Numbered from the stretch's first letter, positions 11,867-29,999 are shown. The stretch is 64,000 nucleotides of DNA from the human T2T-CHM13v2.0 reference genome, Homo sapiens (GCF_009914755.1 NC_060925.1); one strand, 5' to 3'. Notes: generated by a model from the letters alone, not told the origin. A program made the numbers and translations.

Positions 11867-14649
11867 CACCTCTGCTATTCACCTGAATAATGAGAAAGCA
11901 TTTTCTACCTTAAGGGTATGAAAGGAACAGCTTTCAACATGAGCTATACCGTCAAATATGCTGCTACTAATTAATGGAATTAGAGGCATATCCTAAACAC
12001 CAATTTCAAATGATTCAGCATGGTTAGGAGCAGTGTTTAAATCAGAGAATTAAAAACTAAAAATAAAAAACATAAGACCACATAAACTGAATGTCACCAA
12101 ATAATAAATACCAGCCCTTATACCAGAAGTTTGGCTCCATCTTTCTTTCAAGCCACTTATTTGTCACATAGAGATTTCTCCCAACTATCTTCCCACGTAA
12201 GTGGGAAGGTTTATTATTATTATTATTATTTACTTTCCTAAGCTTTTCTGCATTTAGTTGGGAAAGTGTGGAAAGGGAGATTCTCATGGGGAAAAAAATC
12301 CATTTGATATGGAAGAAGACACAATTAAGAAAAAGAAACAAATGATCTTTATTTCTTCTGTAACTTGGAGTTATTACTCAAGCAAGCCGTGAATCTCAAA
12401 ATTCTGCTCAAGTCTTCTGTATTTCCTCCAGCTTGCTCCTCCCAATGAATGCAGACGTCCTCAGAAATACGGTCTGCTCTGAAGTTTCATTATATGTCTT
12501 TCATGAGTATTTACTTTCAAGGCAATTATAGTAAATAGAAACGAGGTGGCAATATGCTATTTCCCCTGACCCTTCTTTCCCTTATTTTGGTAACACCATT
12601 GTAGGTCATTCTCCTCTTGCTGAAAAATTTTCCATCCTGTTTTCCAGCGTATTATTTTTATATATTTACCGGGTTGCTTACAGGCACTACAGCACCAGTG
12701 AAAGGTCTGTGGTAAGTGGTTCCTGCTCGAATGAATTACCCAGCTTTCATGAACAGCCATGCAGAAGCAAAGCAGGCAGAAAAATAATGAATACATTTGT
12801 ACCGTGGCACTCTCCCCAGCTATGAGCGTCTCACAACCATACAATTTCCCCACAAGGAAAGACAAGATTGCACTGTCATTAGAATAGATAATCATTAGAT
12901 TTATCTTTTATATAATTTGTAACATCTTAAACTATTCTATGTAGCCTCATTACTGCCAAGAGTCCTCTTTAACTGAGATGATAAGTAAATAAACTAGAAA
13001 TTACACACCAACGAGAACCTAGAATATGTTGTTTTAGTGTATGTCTGAGAGCTCCCTTCAGCAAACCTAATCTGCACAGCAGTTACCATTATTTCTACCT
13101 CAATGAGCATCTCCTAATTGCTGTGTTATTGCTTGTGAAGAAAATATATTATTAAAGTCCACAACTCATGACTTGTTGCACATCTATCCGTGAAAACACT
13201 TTCATTTCATTAGCTTTTAATCAGTTTCAAATGGGATGATCAGAAGGGTCCCCCCACCTCAAATGTCTGTTCATTACCATTTCCTAATGCCAATGTATCC
13301 TTCTAAAATTCAAGATGCATTCATAATTTATTCAGAGACCTGAAGATTTTTATTAAACCAAATCTATTTAATTCTCCATGAATCAGCTCAAGATGATTTT
13401 GGTGGCTTTTTATAATGAACAACAATTAGAAACTCCAAGGACTCAGAACCCGCTTTTAGTTGTTAATGTTTTATGCTCTGCTGTTGGTCTGTTGCCAGAT
13501 AATGATCCACAGAGCATTAAAATTTTGTATTAATATTATCTTTACAAATGTGATATTGCTCAGTAGAAGATGAGGTTTCCATAGGCTTCTTTCTGTTTGT
13601 GTTAGTGGTTGTCAGAAATTTTATATTAGTTAGATATTTGAGGCTGAAATATCGGACTCCGAGTCAGGGCTTTAAAAATCTCGACCCTTTTTCTTTCTTT
13701 ACTACAGGATAATCTAGAGTAGGTCATTCACATCAGTTCATTTTCAATCAAAGTGAAGTCAAAACAGCCTTGTGGTCTCTGAATGAATTTAAGAAGGGTA
13801 ACAAATTTTAAAAATATATTTCATTCTTTAATAACCAAATAATATCTTCCATAATAATTTAAAACAATATGGGTCAACGGCCATACTTAAGTATCAATCA
13901 ATAAATATAGACAGATAACATATATTTTTCTTAGAGTGGTAAGTTAGTATATTTTTGTTCACTTGTGACAGAGATTTGGAAAGATGATCATCAACACTCA
14001 GCAAATTTCTCCCAGCATACCTGATTCCAGTAAGAATTTGATTTTTCAAGGATCCTAGAGGTCATCATAATGACCTGGTCAGAACTCAAAATATTTATGA
14101 GTTGAAAAGCAGAGGTAACCAAAGTTCTCTTTAACTAAATGCTGTACTCTGGGGAGAACATACCTGGGGTGGAAAAAGATCAGGCTGATATCCACCTAGC
14201 CGGTCATATTTGCCAAATCAGCCAGTACAGTTATATAAGCCAGTGATCCATTCTTATTCCAAAAATTTCAAAAGGATGGCATCATCGTATTATCCATGAG
14301 ATTTCGGAGGAGTCTGATTTGAGAACAAGTGACGGAGGAGACCCTGCCACGCTACCCCACCCCTCCCATAACATTCCTATTCCCATCTAGAACCTGGACA
14401 ACCCTATAGCTACAAAAGTCAGATTGGCTTTATTCTAAAAATTCCAGCTCTTTAAAAATAACACTGGACTGTTAAGGAGAAGATTACCCTAGGCCAGAAT
14501 GCAAGGGGGGAAATCTTGTAGTATTTACTAGGCTAACCTTTGCTTTAGTGTTTTGCCTTTAGCCTTTTCCAAATGTCACCCACATGAAACAAACATAAGA
14601 ACTCTGCCTTTGGATTTTCCACAAAGAAAATATTAAAGGCATCATCTAT

Positions 14650-14900
14650 GTCACTAGAGCATATGGTCAGAGGGATGAGATCTGTAATCAGGTTACCCAG
14701 ATTCAAATTCTGCCTCAACCATGTACCACCTGGATGAGCTGGTACAATATTTAGCTCCAGTTTTCTTATCTGTAATGGTATAGACATAACCATAATTCCT
14801 ATTTCCTAGACCTCTTGAGGGAATTAAATTAATTATTATATATAAAGCCCTTAGAACAGTACCTAGTAACTAAGAAGTGCTCAATAAACATTAGTCATTT
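14650..14900 (+). mobile_element. MIR, near full length
   Basis: cagattcaaattctgcctc...cagttttcttatctgtaatgg...aaagcccttagaacagtacctag...tgctcaataaacattag. Confidence 0.75.
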
Positions 14901-15295
14901 TCATTCAATGGACAGAGGCTTACCAAGTGCCCACTGTAGCTTAGACATTATTTAGGCACTAGAGATTTAGCACAATTGACAAGAATTTCCATCTTCTTGG
15001 GTTTCATTTCAGACTCTAGATAAATAAGTATATATAATGTAAAATCAATACTATATGACTTAGGAGCAATGGAAAAGAAATTAAGATGGTAGGGATACAG
15101 GGAATTCTGAAGTTGTGATTTTTGATATAATGAAAGGAAGCCTAACTGAGAAGGTGACATTTTAGTACAGGCCTGATGGAAACAAAAGAGTGAGCCAAAA
15201 AGATATCTGGAGGAAAAGTGGTTTGTGCAGAGGAAACAGCAAGTGCAAAAGCCCAGAGGCAGAGCATGCTTAACGTGTTTAAAAAATAGCACAAT
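14900..15295 (-). mobile_element. L2a 3' region
   Basis: taggcactagagatttagcac...actgagaaggtgacattttagtacaggcctga...cagcaagtgcaaaagcccagaggcag. Confidence 0.7.
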
Positions 15296-17819
15296 AAATA
15301 TTAGCTACTCAGACCTACTGAATCTTTTAAGGTGTTGCATCTCTGGAATCTGCATTATAACAAATGCTTTAGGCATTATTGGTAAATACATGCTGATCTG
15401 ATTGATCCCTTTTTATTCTACACAGATCCATGAGTCTTCATCATTCCATCCCTGACTTGCAGCTGCCCTATAGACAGATGAACTGGGAATCTGCTTTGGA
15501 GAGAGATGCAGTGGTTGATAAAAGCCAGAAAGCACGCTGGCATACATTTACATTGGATGAAATACCAATTCCATTTAGCTACAGTATGAGACGCTTCTTT
15601 TATTTGCATGGGAGATCAACCATATAAGGCATAATAACTTCTTTCAGAAGTTCATTGCTAGTCCCATACTAGCTTCTCCCAGCAGGAATGGCTGGCAGCT
15701 CTTCATGCAGTAAGTGGAAAGCCACAGTCTGTCAAAGAATCAAGCGCTAATGAAATAAACAAAAACTTTTCTTACCTGAGGCAGGTGCCAAAGCCTGCTA
15801 CTCTAAGTGCCCCCACTGGACACAATTTAGACTTGCTTTCAAGTGTTAAAAACAAATAGGTTCTCCTAAGTGCAATTAAAACTAAGCCACACATCGAATC
15901 TGTTGATACTGATGGAGCTATTTTGATTCCAAGGCTCCTAAGAGTGGTTCCTGAGACTATCACATAATTTGGTAATTATTGTTTTACGCTAATATATGAC
16001 AAGGAATTTCAAAACCAGTCATGAGCTTCCGAGACTTTTATAATAACCTTGAATCAACAGTGAGTATTTCTCCAAAGAACAAAGTAGTTACCATGCCATT
16101 ATAGCGCAGTATGATTTAATTTAAATGATTAAATATACTGGTTTAATAAGATGTATTTCCATATTAAAAATACTTTATATCCCCTCCTGTTTCATAGCTC
16201 CTTTTCCCACCTCAGAATAAAAGTCTAATTCCCACCCATGCCAATTATTTCACTATTTCTTTTGACTTAAGGTTGTATTGGAGAGGTTTTTTCCTATTTA
16301 GTTTTTTAAGCCAATCTAAAAAGGCCCCCTCCTCACAAGTGTCTGCAGTTCTTACCATCAAAAATTTACACTGTGGGCAAAAGAAACTTCTACATCAAGA
16401 TGAAGGAGGGTACTGAGTCATCCTGACTATATCTATAATCATCCTATCTACAGGCATCCTAAAGAAATAACCATAAATGTTTGTAGATTTAGGAATACGT
16501 TTAACAACAGTGTTCATCATATCTAAAAAATGCCAATTATTATGCATCCCAGCCCCACATTAGGGCCCGTGGATACCTCTATTTAACTTAGATTATTAGT
16601 ACCTAACAGAATGAAAGACCAGCAATCTTTGGCCAGGAGAGAAGTGTCTAGAATATGAGATAGGATACTTTCTAGCAGGGCAACATGGTGGAAGAAAATT
16701 GGCAACTGAAGAGCATAAAATCATTAGGCTCCTAAGCCTAATGGAGAGTGTTTAGGAAGATGCTTAGAGACAATGGCCCATAAAGAAGAGAGAAGAGGAT
16801 ATTTAAGACAGGTTTTACCTACTGTCTTCTCCCAAACCATGGAAGAATTGAGGGTGCTTTGCACAACATTCAAGGCCTTTAGGTTTTTTCCCTAGTCCTT
16901 CACCTAACCCAACTTTCTCTCTCACCTAGTCTTTTCATTTCTTGTTAAGTTCCCAAACCCTAAGCAAGTGCTGTAAATGCATCCTTCAAGCCCAGATATG
17001 GCAAATACTCCCAGTCCCATGATAGACCGCTAAACAGACTGCACTTCCTAATCATTCTCAACACACACTCTAAGCAACCACTAATGATTTATCATTATTG
17101 ACTGGTGAGAGAAAGCTATTTATTTGTAATTTTAACCCTGGCCCAACTAGTAGTCATGACAACCTCTTGTCCATGCTGCCCAATGATAGAGACTGAAAAT
17201 GATATCATATTATGAGAATGGATCATAACTTAGTTAACAAATTCTCTGTTGAACACACAGTTGCTTCCATTTTTCATAACATTATTAAAAAACATTTGCA
17301 ATGAACATACTTCTAAAATATAGAAGAATATAAGCTGCATAAGATAAGTTAGTAGGGTCTGTTTTGCTCATCTAACACAAAGCCTAGCACTTAGTAGATG
17401 CTTACTAAGGATTTCACGACTGACAACTGATAGAAAGACCTTTGAGAAACACTGTAATCCAACAACTCAATATATAGGAGCACAGATGAAGGAGTAATTA
17501 ATTTTACTTATGAGGAATTAGAAGATGATCCAGAGAAGAACATTTGAGCTGGATGTTAAAGGATAAATAGAAATTAAATAGAACAGGAAAATGTGGAGGC
17601 AAGCATTCCAAATAGAACAGCAAGAAATAAAAATAAAGATGTAGAAGTATACTGGCTTTTGAAAAATTCTGAATCAATGTTATGTATGTTTTGGAGCAAT
17701 GATATAAATCTAGAAGACTAATAGACTAGATTTTGAAAGATCTCATATACATGCTAAGAAATTTGGACTTAATCTTATAAGAAAGGGAGATGAGCAGAGA
17801 TGGGTTCTTTAGACGCAGC

Positions 17820-18290
17820 TATCATACTTTTAGGCATTTCTCCTTAAGATTAAACAGTCAAGTGTGTAAAGATATTTATTAGGAAATGTTTAAACAAAAT
17901 TATAATATTTAAAACTCTAAATATAAATCACCATTAAAGGGTAAAGTTAAATGAATGATGGTCCATATATAAAATTTAACCACTAAAAACAATGATGATC
18001 TTTATTTATTGATATGGAAAGCATGTTCACACTACACTGAGGGAGAAAAGAAGGTTACAAAATATGCAGAGCATGGTCTCTGTTTTTTTCTGTTTTGTTT
18101 TAGGTGACTTATGCATAGAAAAGAATCTGGAAGGATATACACCAAAATGTTAGCAATGGCTATTTCTGGATAGCATGATTGGGGAAAATTTTTATTCTAT
18201 GTACTGTCTATTTTTTACATTTTACTGCCTATTTTTTACATTGTAGATGTATTATTTTTAAAAATCAGAAAAAGCAGTGACTTTAGAAAG
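17820..18290 (+). mobile_element. old L1M (L1ME-type) 3' UTR
   Basis: tgcatagaaaagaatctggaaggatatacaccaaaatgttagcaatggctatttctgg. Confidence 0.65.
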
Positions 18291-18930
18291 AAGTCAATTT
18301 TATAGGTAAGTTTACTTACCAAATAAGATTTACTTCATCTTTCTCTTTGTTACTGTGTCTCTGATTCTCTTTTTCTCTGTTAGGTCATAAATGTCTAGAT
18401 CTATCTTCATGGTCATCTTCACCCTAGCTGGGAACACTTGGGCTCAATACACTTCATTGTTCCTAAATGTCTGAATGGTACTGCAAGAAGCTTGGCAGGA
18501 AAATAGTATTCAACATGCTGAATAATAATCATGATTATGGAATTACAGGTCCAGCTGAAACCTGGCAAGAGTATTAAATGAGAAAAAGTAGTCGTTATAG
18601 GCCACAAGGCATTACAAAGACACATGAAGGAAAGCAAAAGGCAGCCCAAATAAGGGCCTAATTTAGCAGAGCAGTCGTGGTGGGAAAGAGACTTTCACAA
18701 CCCAAAAATGGTTGTATAAAACTGCAGTAATTGTAGACCACAGTCAGAAAGTGAAGAGATCAAATGTGTCAACTCTTCAGGGGCCAATTAAAGTCTCCAC
18801 AAAGAAAAAAGTAAATTCTAGCCATAAACTGGGTCTATCCTGACTCTTTTACAGCTTACGGATAAGAGAAGGAACCCAAGTAGTTCTGATGATGTAGCTG
18901 AAATGCAAATTGCGGCAAAAGAGAACATAA

Positions 18931-19243
<313 letters not shown>

Positions 19244-21079
19244 TATTTCTCCAATTTAAAAAATGTGACTGATAGGCTAGGAAAATGAATGTAGACAATT
19301 CTCACCCAGAAAGAAATGAAAAGAAAGCAAAATATTTAGAGAATACTTTCATTTTAATTATTTTAAAATGTACATGTAATAAGTATGTATGACACTTGTT
19401 TTATTATTGCTAATAATATTCATAGAATGAAAAGGCATTTATAGTTCAGTACTACATCCTCAGTGACTAGAATAGTGTTGGGAACATAGTAGGTACTAAT
19501 AAATATCTATATTATGAATTTTTCTATTAATGAATTTTAGAAGGAAGTTATACAATTGGTTTAGACAAATAATAAATCAAATCAGAGAATTCAGAAATAA
19601 CAATTCTGGTGAAATATATTAAATTCTTAATAAAGATGTGAGGTATGATAATTAATAAGTCATTTATATCTGGTGCTCAAAAGTAATGTTCTCAAAGAGC
19701 CCTCCTTCTTTAAGCATTCTATGATATTAGGCAGAATGAAGTTGGAAAGCTTGAGCTTGGAAATCAAGCATTAGAATCCTGGGTCATCACTTAATGTTGT
19801 GACTTGGAGTAAATTACTTGATCTATTACCAAGAGCCTTACTTACCTCATCTTTAAAATGAGGATAATAATAAAATCTGCCCAACTCATCATATATATTT
19901 ATATTATAATGTGTTAAAATTCTAAATAAGGGTTATTTTGTGGTAGAAGAAGATTTTTGGGGGACAACTAATTTACGTTTTTATTTATATTTGACACAAT
20001 AAGGTCTTGATAATTGAGTGGTTAAAAAAACAATTGAGTGATTACATTCTATTAAGCACATTGCAAACATTACCTCTTTACTTCAAAGTGTCAGCAGTAT
20101 CTTAATTTTATGGAAAAGGAACTGATGTTCAGAGAGATGCAGTAACTTGCTCAAGGTCATACGACCAAGAACTGGTGAAGTCGTTCAATTAGTACTGAAT
20201 CATATCATAACCTTATCTTAACTAATTACGTTTTCAACAATGCTGTTTTGGAATAAGTTTTGGAAATGCTGTTTCCAAATAAGTTTACATCCTGAGGTAC
20301 TGGAAGGTGGACTTCAACATATCCTTTTAGGGGAATACAATTCAACCCATAAAAAATGGGTATCCTCAACAATTCAGATTATTGAAAATGAATCAAATGA
20401 AACACATGTTATAAAATGGACAATTTTTAACACAGAGTCACAGGGAAAGAATATCTACAGAAGTCTAAACTCCTATCAGTAGCCATCATTCAGCAAAAGT
20501 TAATATTTAAAATCCTACAGGAGCAAGGTTAAGAAGGAAATTTAAAATGAATTAGCACCCAGAAGAGCTCATAATTGTATTCACTCTATGTAAAAAGCAT
20601 CTCAGGAAAAAAGAAAAAAAAGAAAGTGTAAAAGTTACTAGACCTGTTTGTATTCAAACGAGCAGTTTAATTACCAGATGAGACAGAGATCTAACCCCAT
20701 ACATATACCCACATACAAATCATCCTGAATATTACTTTCCAGAGAATTGAAATCTGGAGGAGAGAAACTCCCTCATTCTGTCATCACTGTCTGCTGACTT
20801 CGGTGAAACATAAAGGCGCCCAGGCACAGGAAGGTAAGTGGTAGAAGTAGAAGCCTTGTCATTACCCAGCAGTATGGATCGTGTTATTGTGTCTGACCCT
20901 GAGTTCTGCATGGTCACCCACCTCTGCATTGAGTACCCAGGGGATAATTCATCATAAATGAAAATGTTCCCGGTAAAGGTGGGGGGAGGAGTCATTGGTC
21001 ATGGCTAGAGCTGGGATTTATTGCATTATAATAAGTTAATTAACTGCTGCACTCATTGCATTTTAAAGAATGAGAATAG

Positions 21080-21985
21080 GTCGGAGGAGCCAAGATGGCT
21101 GAATAGGAACAGCTCCGGTCTACAGCTCCCAGCGTGAGCGACACAGAAGACGGGTGATTTCTGCATTTCCATCTGAGGTACCAGGTTCATCTCACTAGGG
21201 AGTGCCAGACAGCGGGCGCAGGTCAGTGGGTGCACGCACCATGCGCGAGCCAAAGCAGGGCGAGGCATTGCCTCACTTGGGAAGCGCAAAGGGTCAGGGA
21301 GTTCCCTTTCCGAGTCAAAGAAAGGGGTGACGGACGCACCTGGAAAATCGGGTCACTCCCACCCGAACATTGCGCTTTTCAGACCGGCTTAAAAAACGGC
21401 GCACCACGAGACTATATCCCACACCTGGCTCGGAGGGTCCTACGCCCACGGAATCTCGCTGATTGCTAGCACAGCAGTCTGAGATCAAACTGCAAGGCGG
21501 CAATGAGGCTGGGGGAGGGGTGACCGCCATTGCCCAGGCTTGCTTAGGTAAACAAAGCAGCCAGGAAGCTCGAACTGGGTGGAGCCCACCACAGTTCAAG
21601 GAGGCCTGCCTGCCACTGTAGGCTCCACCTCTGGGGGCAGGGCACAGACAAACAAAAAGACAGCAGTAACCTCTGCAGACTTAAATGTCCCTGTCTGACA
21701 GCTTTGAAGAGAGCAGTGGTTCTCCCAGCACGCAGCTGGAGATCTGAGAACCGGCAGACTGCCTCCTCAAGTGGGTCCCTGACCCCTGACCCCCGAGCAG
21801 CGTAACTGGGAGGCACCCCCCAGCAGGGGCACACTGACACCTCACATGGCAGGGTATTCCAACAGACCTGCAGCTGAAGGTCCTGTCTGTTAGAAGGAAA
21901 ACTAACAAACAGAAAGGACATACACACCGAAAACCCATCTGTACATCACCATCATCAAAGACCAAAAGTAGATAAAACCACAAAG
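21080..21985 (+). promoter_or_regulatory. L1 5' UTR internal sense promoter and antisense promoter
   Basis: YY1 core caagatggc at 21091-21099; the most CpG-rich stretch of the window. Confidence 0.8.
21315..21530 (-). CDS. LINE-1 ORF0, 71 aa, intact reading frame
   Basis: ATG at 21530 in gcaATGg context; MAVTPPPASLPPCSLISDCCASNQRDSVGVGPSEPGVGYSLVVRRFLSRSEKRNVRVGVTRFSRCVRHPFL* matches primate ORF0. Confidence 0.8.
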   Translation of the reverse strand: MAVTPPPASLPPCSLISDCCASNQRDSVGVGPSEPGVGYSLVVRRFLSRSEKRNVRVGVTRFSRCVRHPFL

Positions 21986-23002
21986 ATGGGGAAAAAACAG
22001 AACAGAAAAACTGGAAACTCTAAAACGCAGAGCGCCTCTCCTCCTCCAAAGGAACGCAGTTCCTCACCAGCAACGGAACAAAGCTGGATGGAGAATGACT
22101 TTGACGAGCTGAGAGAAGAAGGCTTCAGACGATCAAATTACTCTGAGCTACGGGAGGACATTCAAACCAAAGGCAAAGAAGTTGAAAACTTTGAAAAAAA
22201 TTTAGAAGAATGTATAACTAGAATAACCAATACAGAGAAGTGCTTAAAGGAGCTGATGGAGCTGCAAACCAAGGCTCGAGAACTACGTGAAGAATGCAGA
22301 AGCCTCAGGAGCCAATGCGATCAACTGGAAGAAAGGGTATCAGCAATGGAAGATGAAATAAATGAAATGAAGTGAGAAGGGAAGTTTAGAGAAAAAAGAA
22401 TAAAAAGAAATGAGCAAAGCCTCCAAGAAATATGGGACTATGTGAAAAGACCAAATCTACGTCTGATTGGTGTACCTGAAAGTGATGGGGAGAATGGAAC
22501 CAAGTTGGAAAACACTCTGCAGGATATTATCCAGGAGAACTTCCCCAATCTAGCAAGGCAGGCCAACGTTCAGATTCAGGAAATACAGAGAACGCCACAA
22601 AGATACTCCTCAAGAAGAGCAACTCCAAGACACATAATTGTCAGATTCACCAAAGTTGAAATGAAGGAAAAAATGTTAAGGGCAGCCAGAGAGAAAGGTC
22701 GGGTTACCCTCAAAGGGAAGCCCATCAGACTAACAGCGGATCTCTTGGCAGAAACCCTACAAGCCAGAAGAGAGTGGGGGCCAATATTCAACATTCTTAA
22801 AGAAAAGAATTTTCAACCCAGAATTTCATATCCAGCCAAACTAAGCTTCAAAAGTGAAGGAGAAATTAAATACTTTACAGACAAGCAAATGCTGAGAGAT
22901 TTTCTCACCACCAGGCCTGCCCTAAAAGAGCTCCTGAAGGAAGCACTAAACATGGAAAGGAACAACTGGTACCAGCTGCTACAAAATCATGCCAAAATGT
23001 AA
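21986..23002 (+). pseudogene. L1 ORF1p (338 codons) with a premature stop at codon 130
   Basis: MGKKQNRKTGNSK...; TGA at 22373-22375 where the consensus has CGA; frame otherwise preserved, ARR and YPAKLS motifs intact. Confidence 0.95.
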
Positions 23003-23041
23003 AGACCATCGAGACTAGGAAGAAACTGCGTCAACTAATGA

Positions 23042-26894
<3,853 letters not shown>

Positions 26895-28777
26895 ACAATG
26901 AGATCACATGGACACAGGAAGGGGAATATCACACTCTGGGGACTGTGGTGGGGTGGGGGGAGTGGGGAGGGATAGCATTGGGAGATATACCTAATGCTAG
27001 ATGACGAGTTAGTGGGTGCAGCGCACCAGCACGGCACATGTATACATATGTAACTAACCTGCACAATGTGCACATGTACCCTAAAACTTAAAGTATAATA
27101 AAAAAAATTTAAAAATTAAAAAAATAAAAAAAAAGAATGAGAATAGCATCTAAACACACATGCTTATTAAGAAAGATATCTTAAGGCACACCAAATGCTT
27201 GTTAAGGAAGGTGTCCTAAGATGAATTAAAATATAGTTTTATGAGGTCTAACCCTACACATTAATCATAAGAACTAGAGAATTACAGACTAATGGTGCCA
27301 TAAAGATCTGATTGGGTTGCATTTGTGGGCGTATACTGAAATTGCTGGTTCTGAAAAATACAGGCAATACTAATAGGAATAAGTTGATTTTATTCCAAAA
27401 TAACCAGTGCTCCTGGATATTTGGGAAGATTCTAAAACTAGTGAATAGGATGTCAATAAACGGGGAGAAAAATCTTGATTTTTTGTTTTGAGTTGTTTCA
27501 ATATAGTCACAGAAAAACATTCCAAAAATAAATGTATCCAAAAACAATTTTATAAAACCCATGATACAGAAAAAAAGAAGGGCAAAATGCTCAGAGAACA
27601 CATACAACTAAAAATCTAATGAAGAGAAAAGGGTAAAATGTTACAATTTTTTAAAATGAGAAATGGAATGCAACAAATAGAGAAGACTTCGGAGTTCAAC
27701 ATGGTTGTATGTTAATAAATTTCAAAACATCAATACATTTAATGCTTTATGTAAACTAAAATATATCAAAATTAGCACAACAGGTTAAAAATTAAAATAA
27801 ATTGAGAAAGTTATCCAAAAGCTACATCCATGCCCCTAGAAAAGGAACTCACTGCCATCATAGATTTACTAATAAATGCCTTCAAATTCCTTCAGACTTT
27901 CAAGGACAGATCTTTCCCACATTATATGTTCTGTGAGAAAGCAGGAAAAGATTAAAAGCAATCCAGTTTGTTCTAAGAAACATACCCTAATTTTTACATA
28001 CTTAACAGAAATACAAGGAAAAAAACATAGAACTGAAATGTCACTTAATAAAGGAATTATAAACTTAAATAAAATGCCAGCAAATAACTCAATATAGTAA
28101 AAGTTAATCTTTTACTTCAAATCAAATTATGTTTATTATAGGAATCCAGTAATAGCCCCAAATTAGAAAACCTACTAATATAGAACATCAGTAGACTTAA
28201 ATTCAAATCAGTTATAAAAAGTAATCATCTCAATGGTGGATATATCTTCTTAACTTCTTAAAGTAAGATCCATGATTCAAACCATCAGCCAACATTTTAC
28301 TTAACAGTGACAAAATAAACAATTCTCATTAAAATATGATTAAAATACAGATACATGAAATTACTGTTATTTAATATTGATATCATTAATAACATAATCT
28401 GACATTCATTAAGTTCTTATAATATGCCGTGCCCTGGCTAATGAATATACATGTTATTTATATCATTTCAAAAAGTTCTTAAGACATAAAACATAAAATT
28501 ATAAACATAAAAAAGAGCTGAAGTATGATGATAGGTGACTTGGTTTTAGAACATAAAAACAGAAAGAAATCAAGTGAAAAGCTGTTTGAATTCATTAACA
28601 GTTGCTATAACAGATAAAACATATTCTTATACACCAACACAAGGCAATAGAACAAAGTAAACTAAAAAGGGATCTGATTTATAACCACAAAGTAAAATTT
28701 AAATTATCACAAGAAATAATATGCTATGTGATAAGTGCAATACTTTACTGAGAGATATAAAAAATGAATAAAAGAGG

Positions 28778-29164
28778 TATATTAGTTTATTTTCATACTG
28801 CTATAAAGAACTGCCGAGACTGGGTAATTTATAAAGGAAAGAAGTTTAATTGACTCACAGTTCAGCATGGCTGGGGAAGGCCTCAGGAAACATAGAATCA
28901 TGGTGGAAGGCAAAAGGGAAGCAAGACACCTTCTCCACAAGGCCGCAGGAAAAAAAAGTGCCGAGTGAAGGGGGAAGAGCCCCTTATAAAACCATCAAAT
29001 CTCGTGAGAACTTACTCACTATCATGAGAACAGCATGGGGGAAACTGCCCCAATGATTCAATTGCCTCCACCTGGTCTCTCCCTTGACAGGTGGGGATTA
29101 TGGGGATGATGGGGATAACAATTCAAGATGAGACTGGGTGGAGACAAAAAGTCTAACCATATCA
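28778..29164 (-). mobile_element. THE1C-like solo LTR
   Basis: tatattagt...cctggtctctcccttgaca...aagtctaaccatatca; TSD agagg/agaag. Confidence 0.9.
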
Positions 29165-29684
29165 AGAAGAGACCTGACATGTTCCTAAATGGGAAGACTA
29201 CTTTTTATAAAATATGAGGTTTTTATCTCAAAATGTTTAGTGTATTTATTAAAATTCTAATTCAAATCCTAATGAAATTTTGTCCTAAAATTGACCAAAT
29301 AATTTTAAAGTTGATTTGAAAGTATAAACAGGAGAGCAATAATTGTTTTAAAGAAGAACTAATTTTAACAAAATATTAAAATACATAAAGCTAAAATAAT
29401 CAGGCCTTGTTTGCAAGCATAAGAAAAATCAGATCAGTAGAGAAGAATAGCCCACTAAAACATAACCCATTATACATACACAGTCAGTATTTGAGTAGGC
29501 CTGTGTGACATATTTAATCAAAAATAATCATAGCTTACTTACATGAGGAATATAACATTTAATCTCATTTAAGCCTCCTGAGAGAGGAAGACTTTCTAAA
29601 GCAAAAGTCAACTGGAAGAGAGAAAGGGGGCAGTAAACAGAGGAAAAAGCACTGGAAATTTTTATAAACTAAAAGAATTATTTA

Positions 29685-29795
29685 AAAGAAAGAAAAAGAA
29701 GGAAGGGAAGGTAAAGGGAAGAGGAGGGAAAGAGGGAAAGAAAGAGGAGGGGAAAGGAAGGAAGGAAGTGATGGAGGGTAGGAAAGTGAAGAAAC
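29685..29795 (+). repeat. GA-rich polypurine tract
   Basis: aaagaaagaaaaagaaggaagggaaggtaaagggaagaggagggaaag... Confidence 0.85.
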
Positions 29796-29999
29796 TAAAA
29801 CCATAGCAAAGTAAAAATACATTTAACTATACAAAAAGCAAAAACTGTACTAGAAAACTAAAAGGCAGATTAAAAGATAACACATTTCAGGAAAAAACTA
29901 GTAGAAAACACATTAATTTAAAGGGATATCTTTACTTTCTATAGAGTATATATGATTGATACACATCCCTAGGATAAATAGGAGCATAGAGGCCACCCC

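Larger units (their letters stand above)
27700..29960 (+). mobile_element. highly degenerate L1M ORF2 fragments, interrupted by THE1
   Basis: A-rich; patches colinear with L1 ORF2, e.g. gacatgttcctaaatgggaagact and aataattttaaagttgatttgaaag. Confidence 0.55.
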
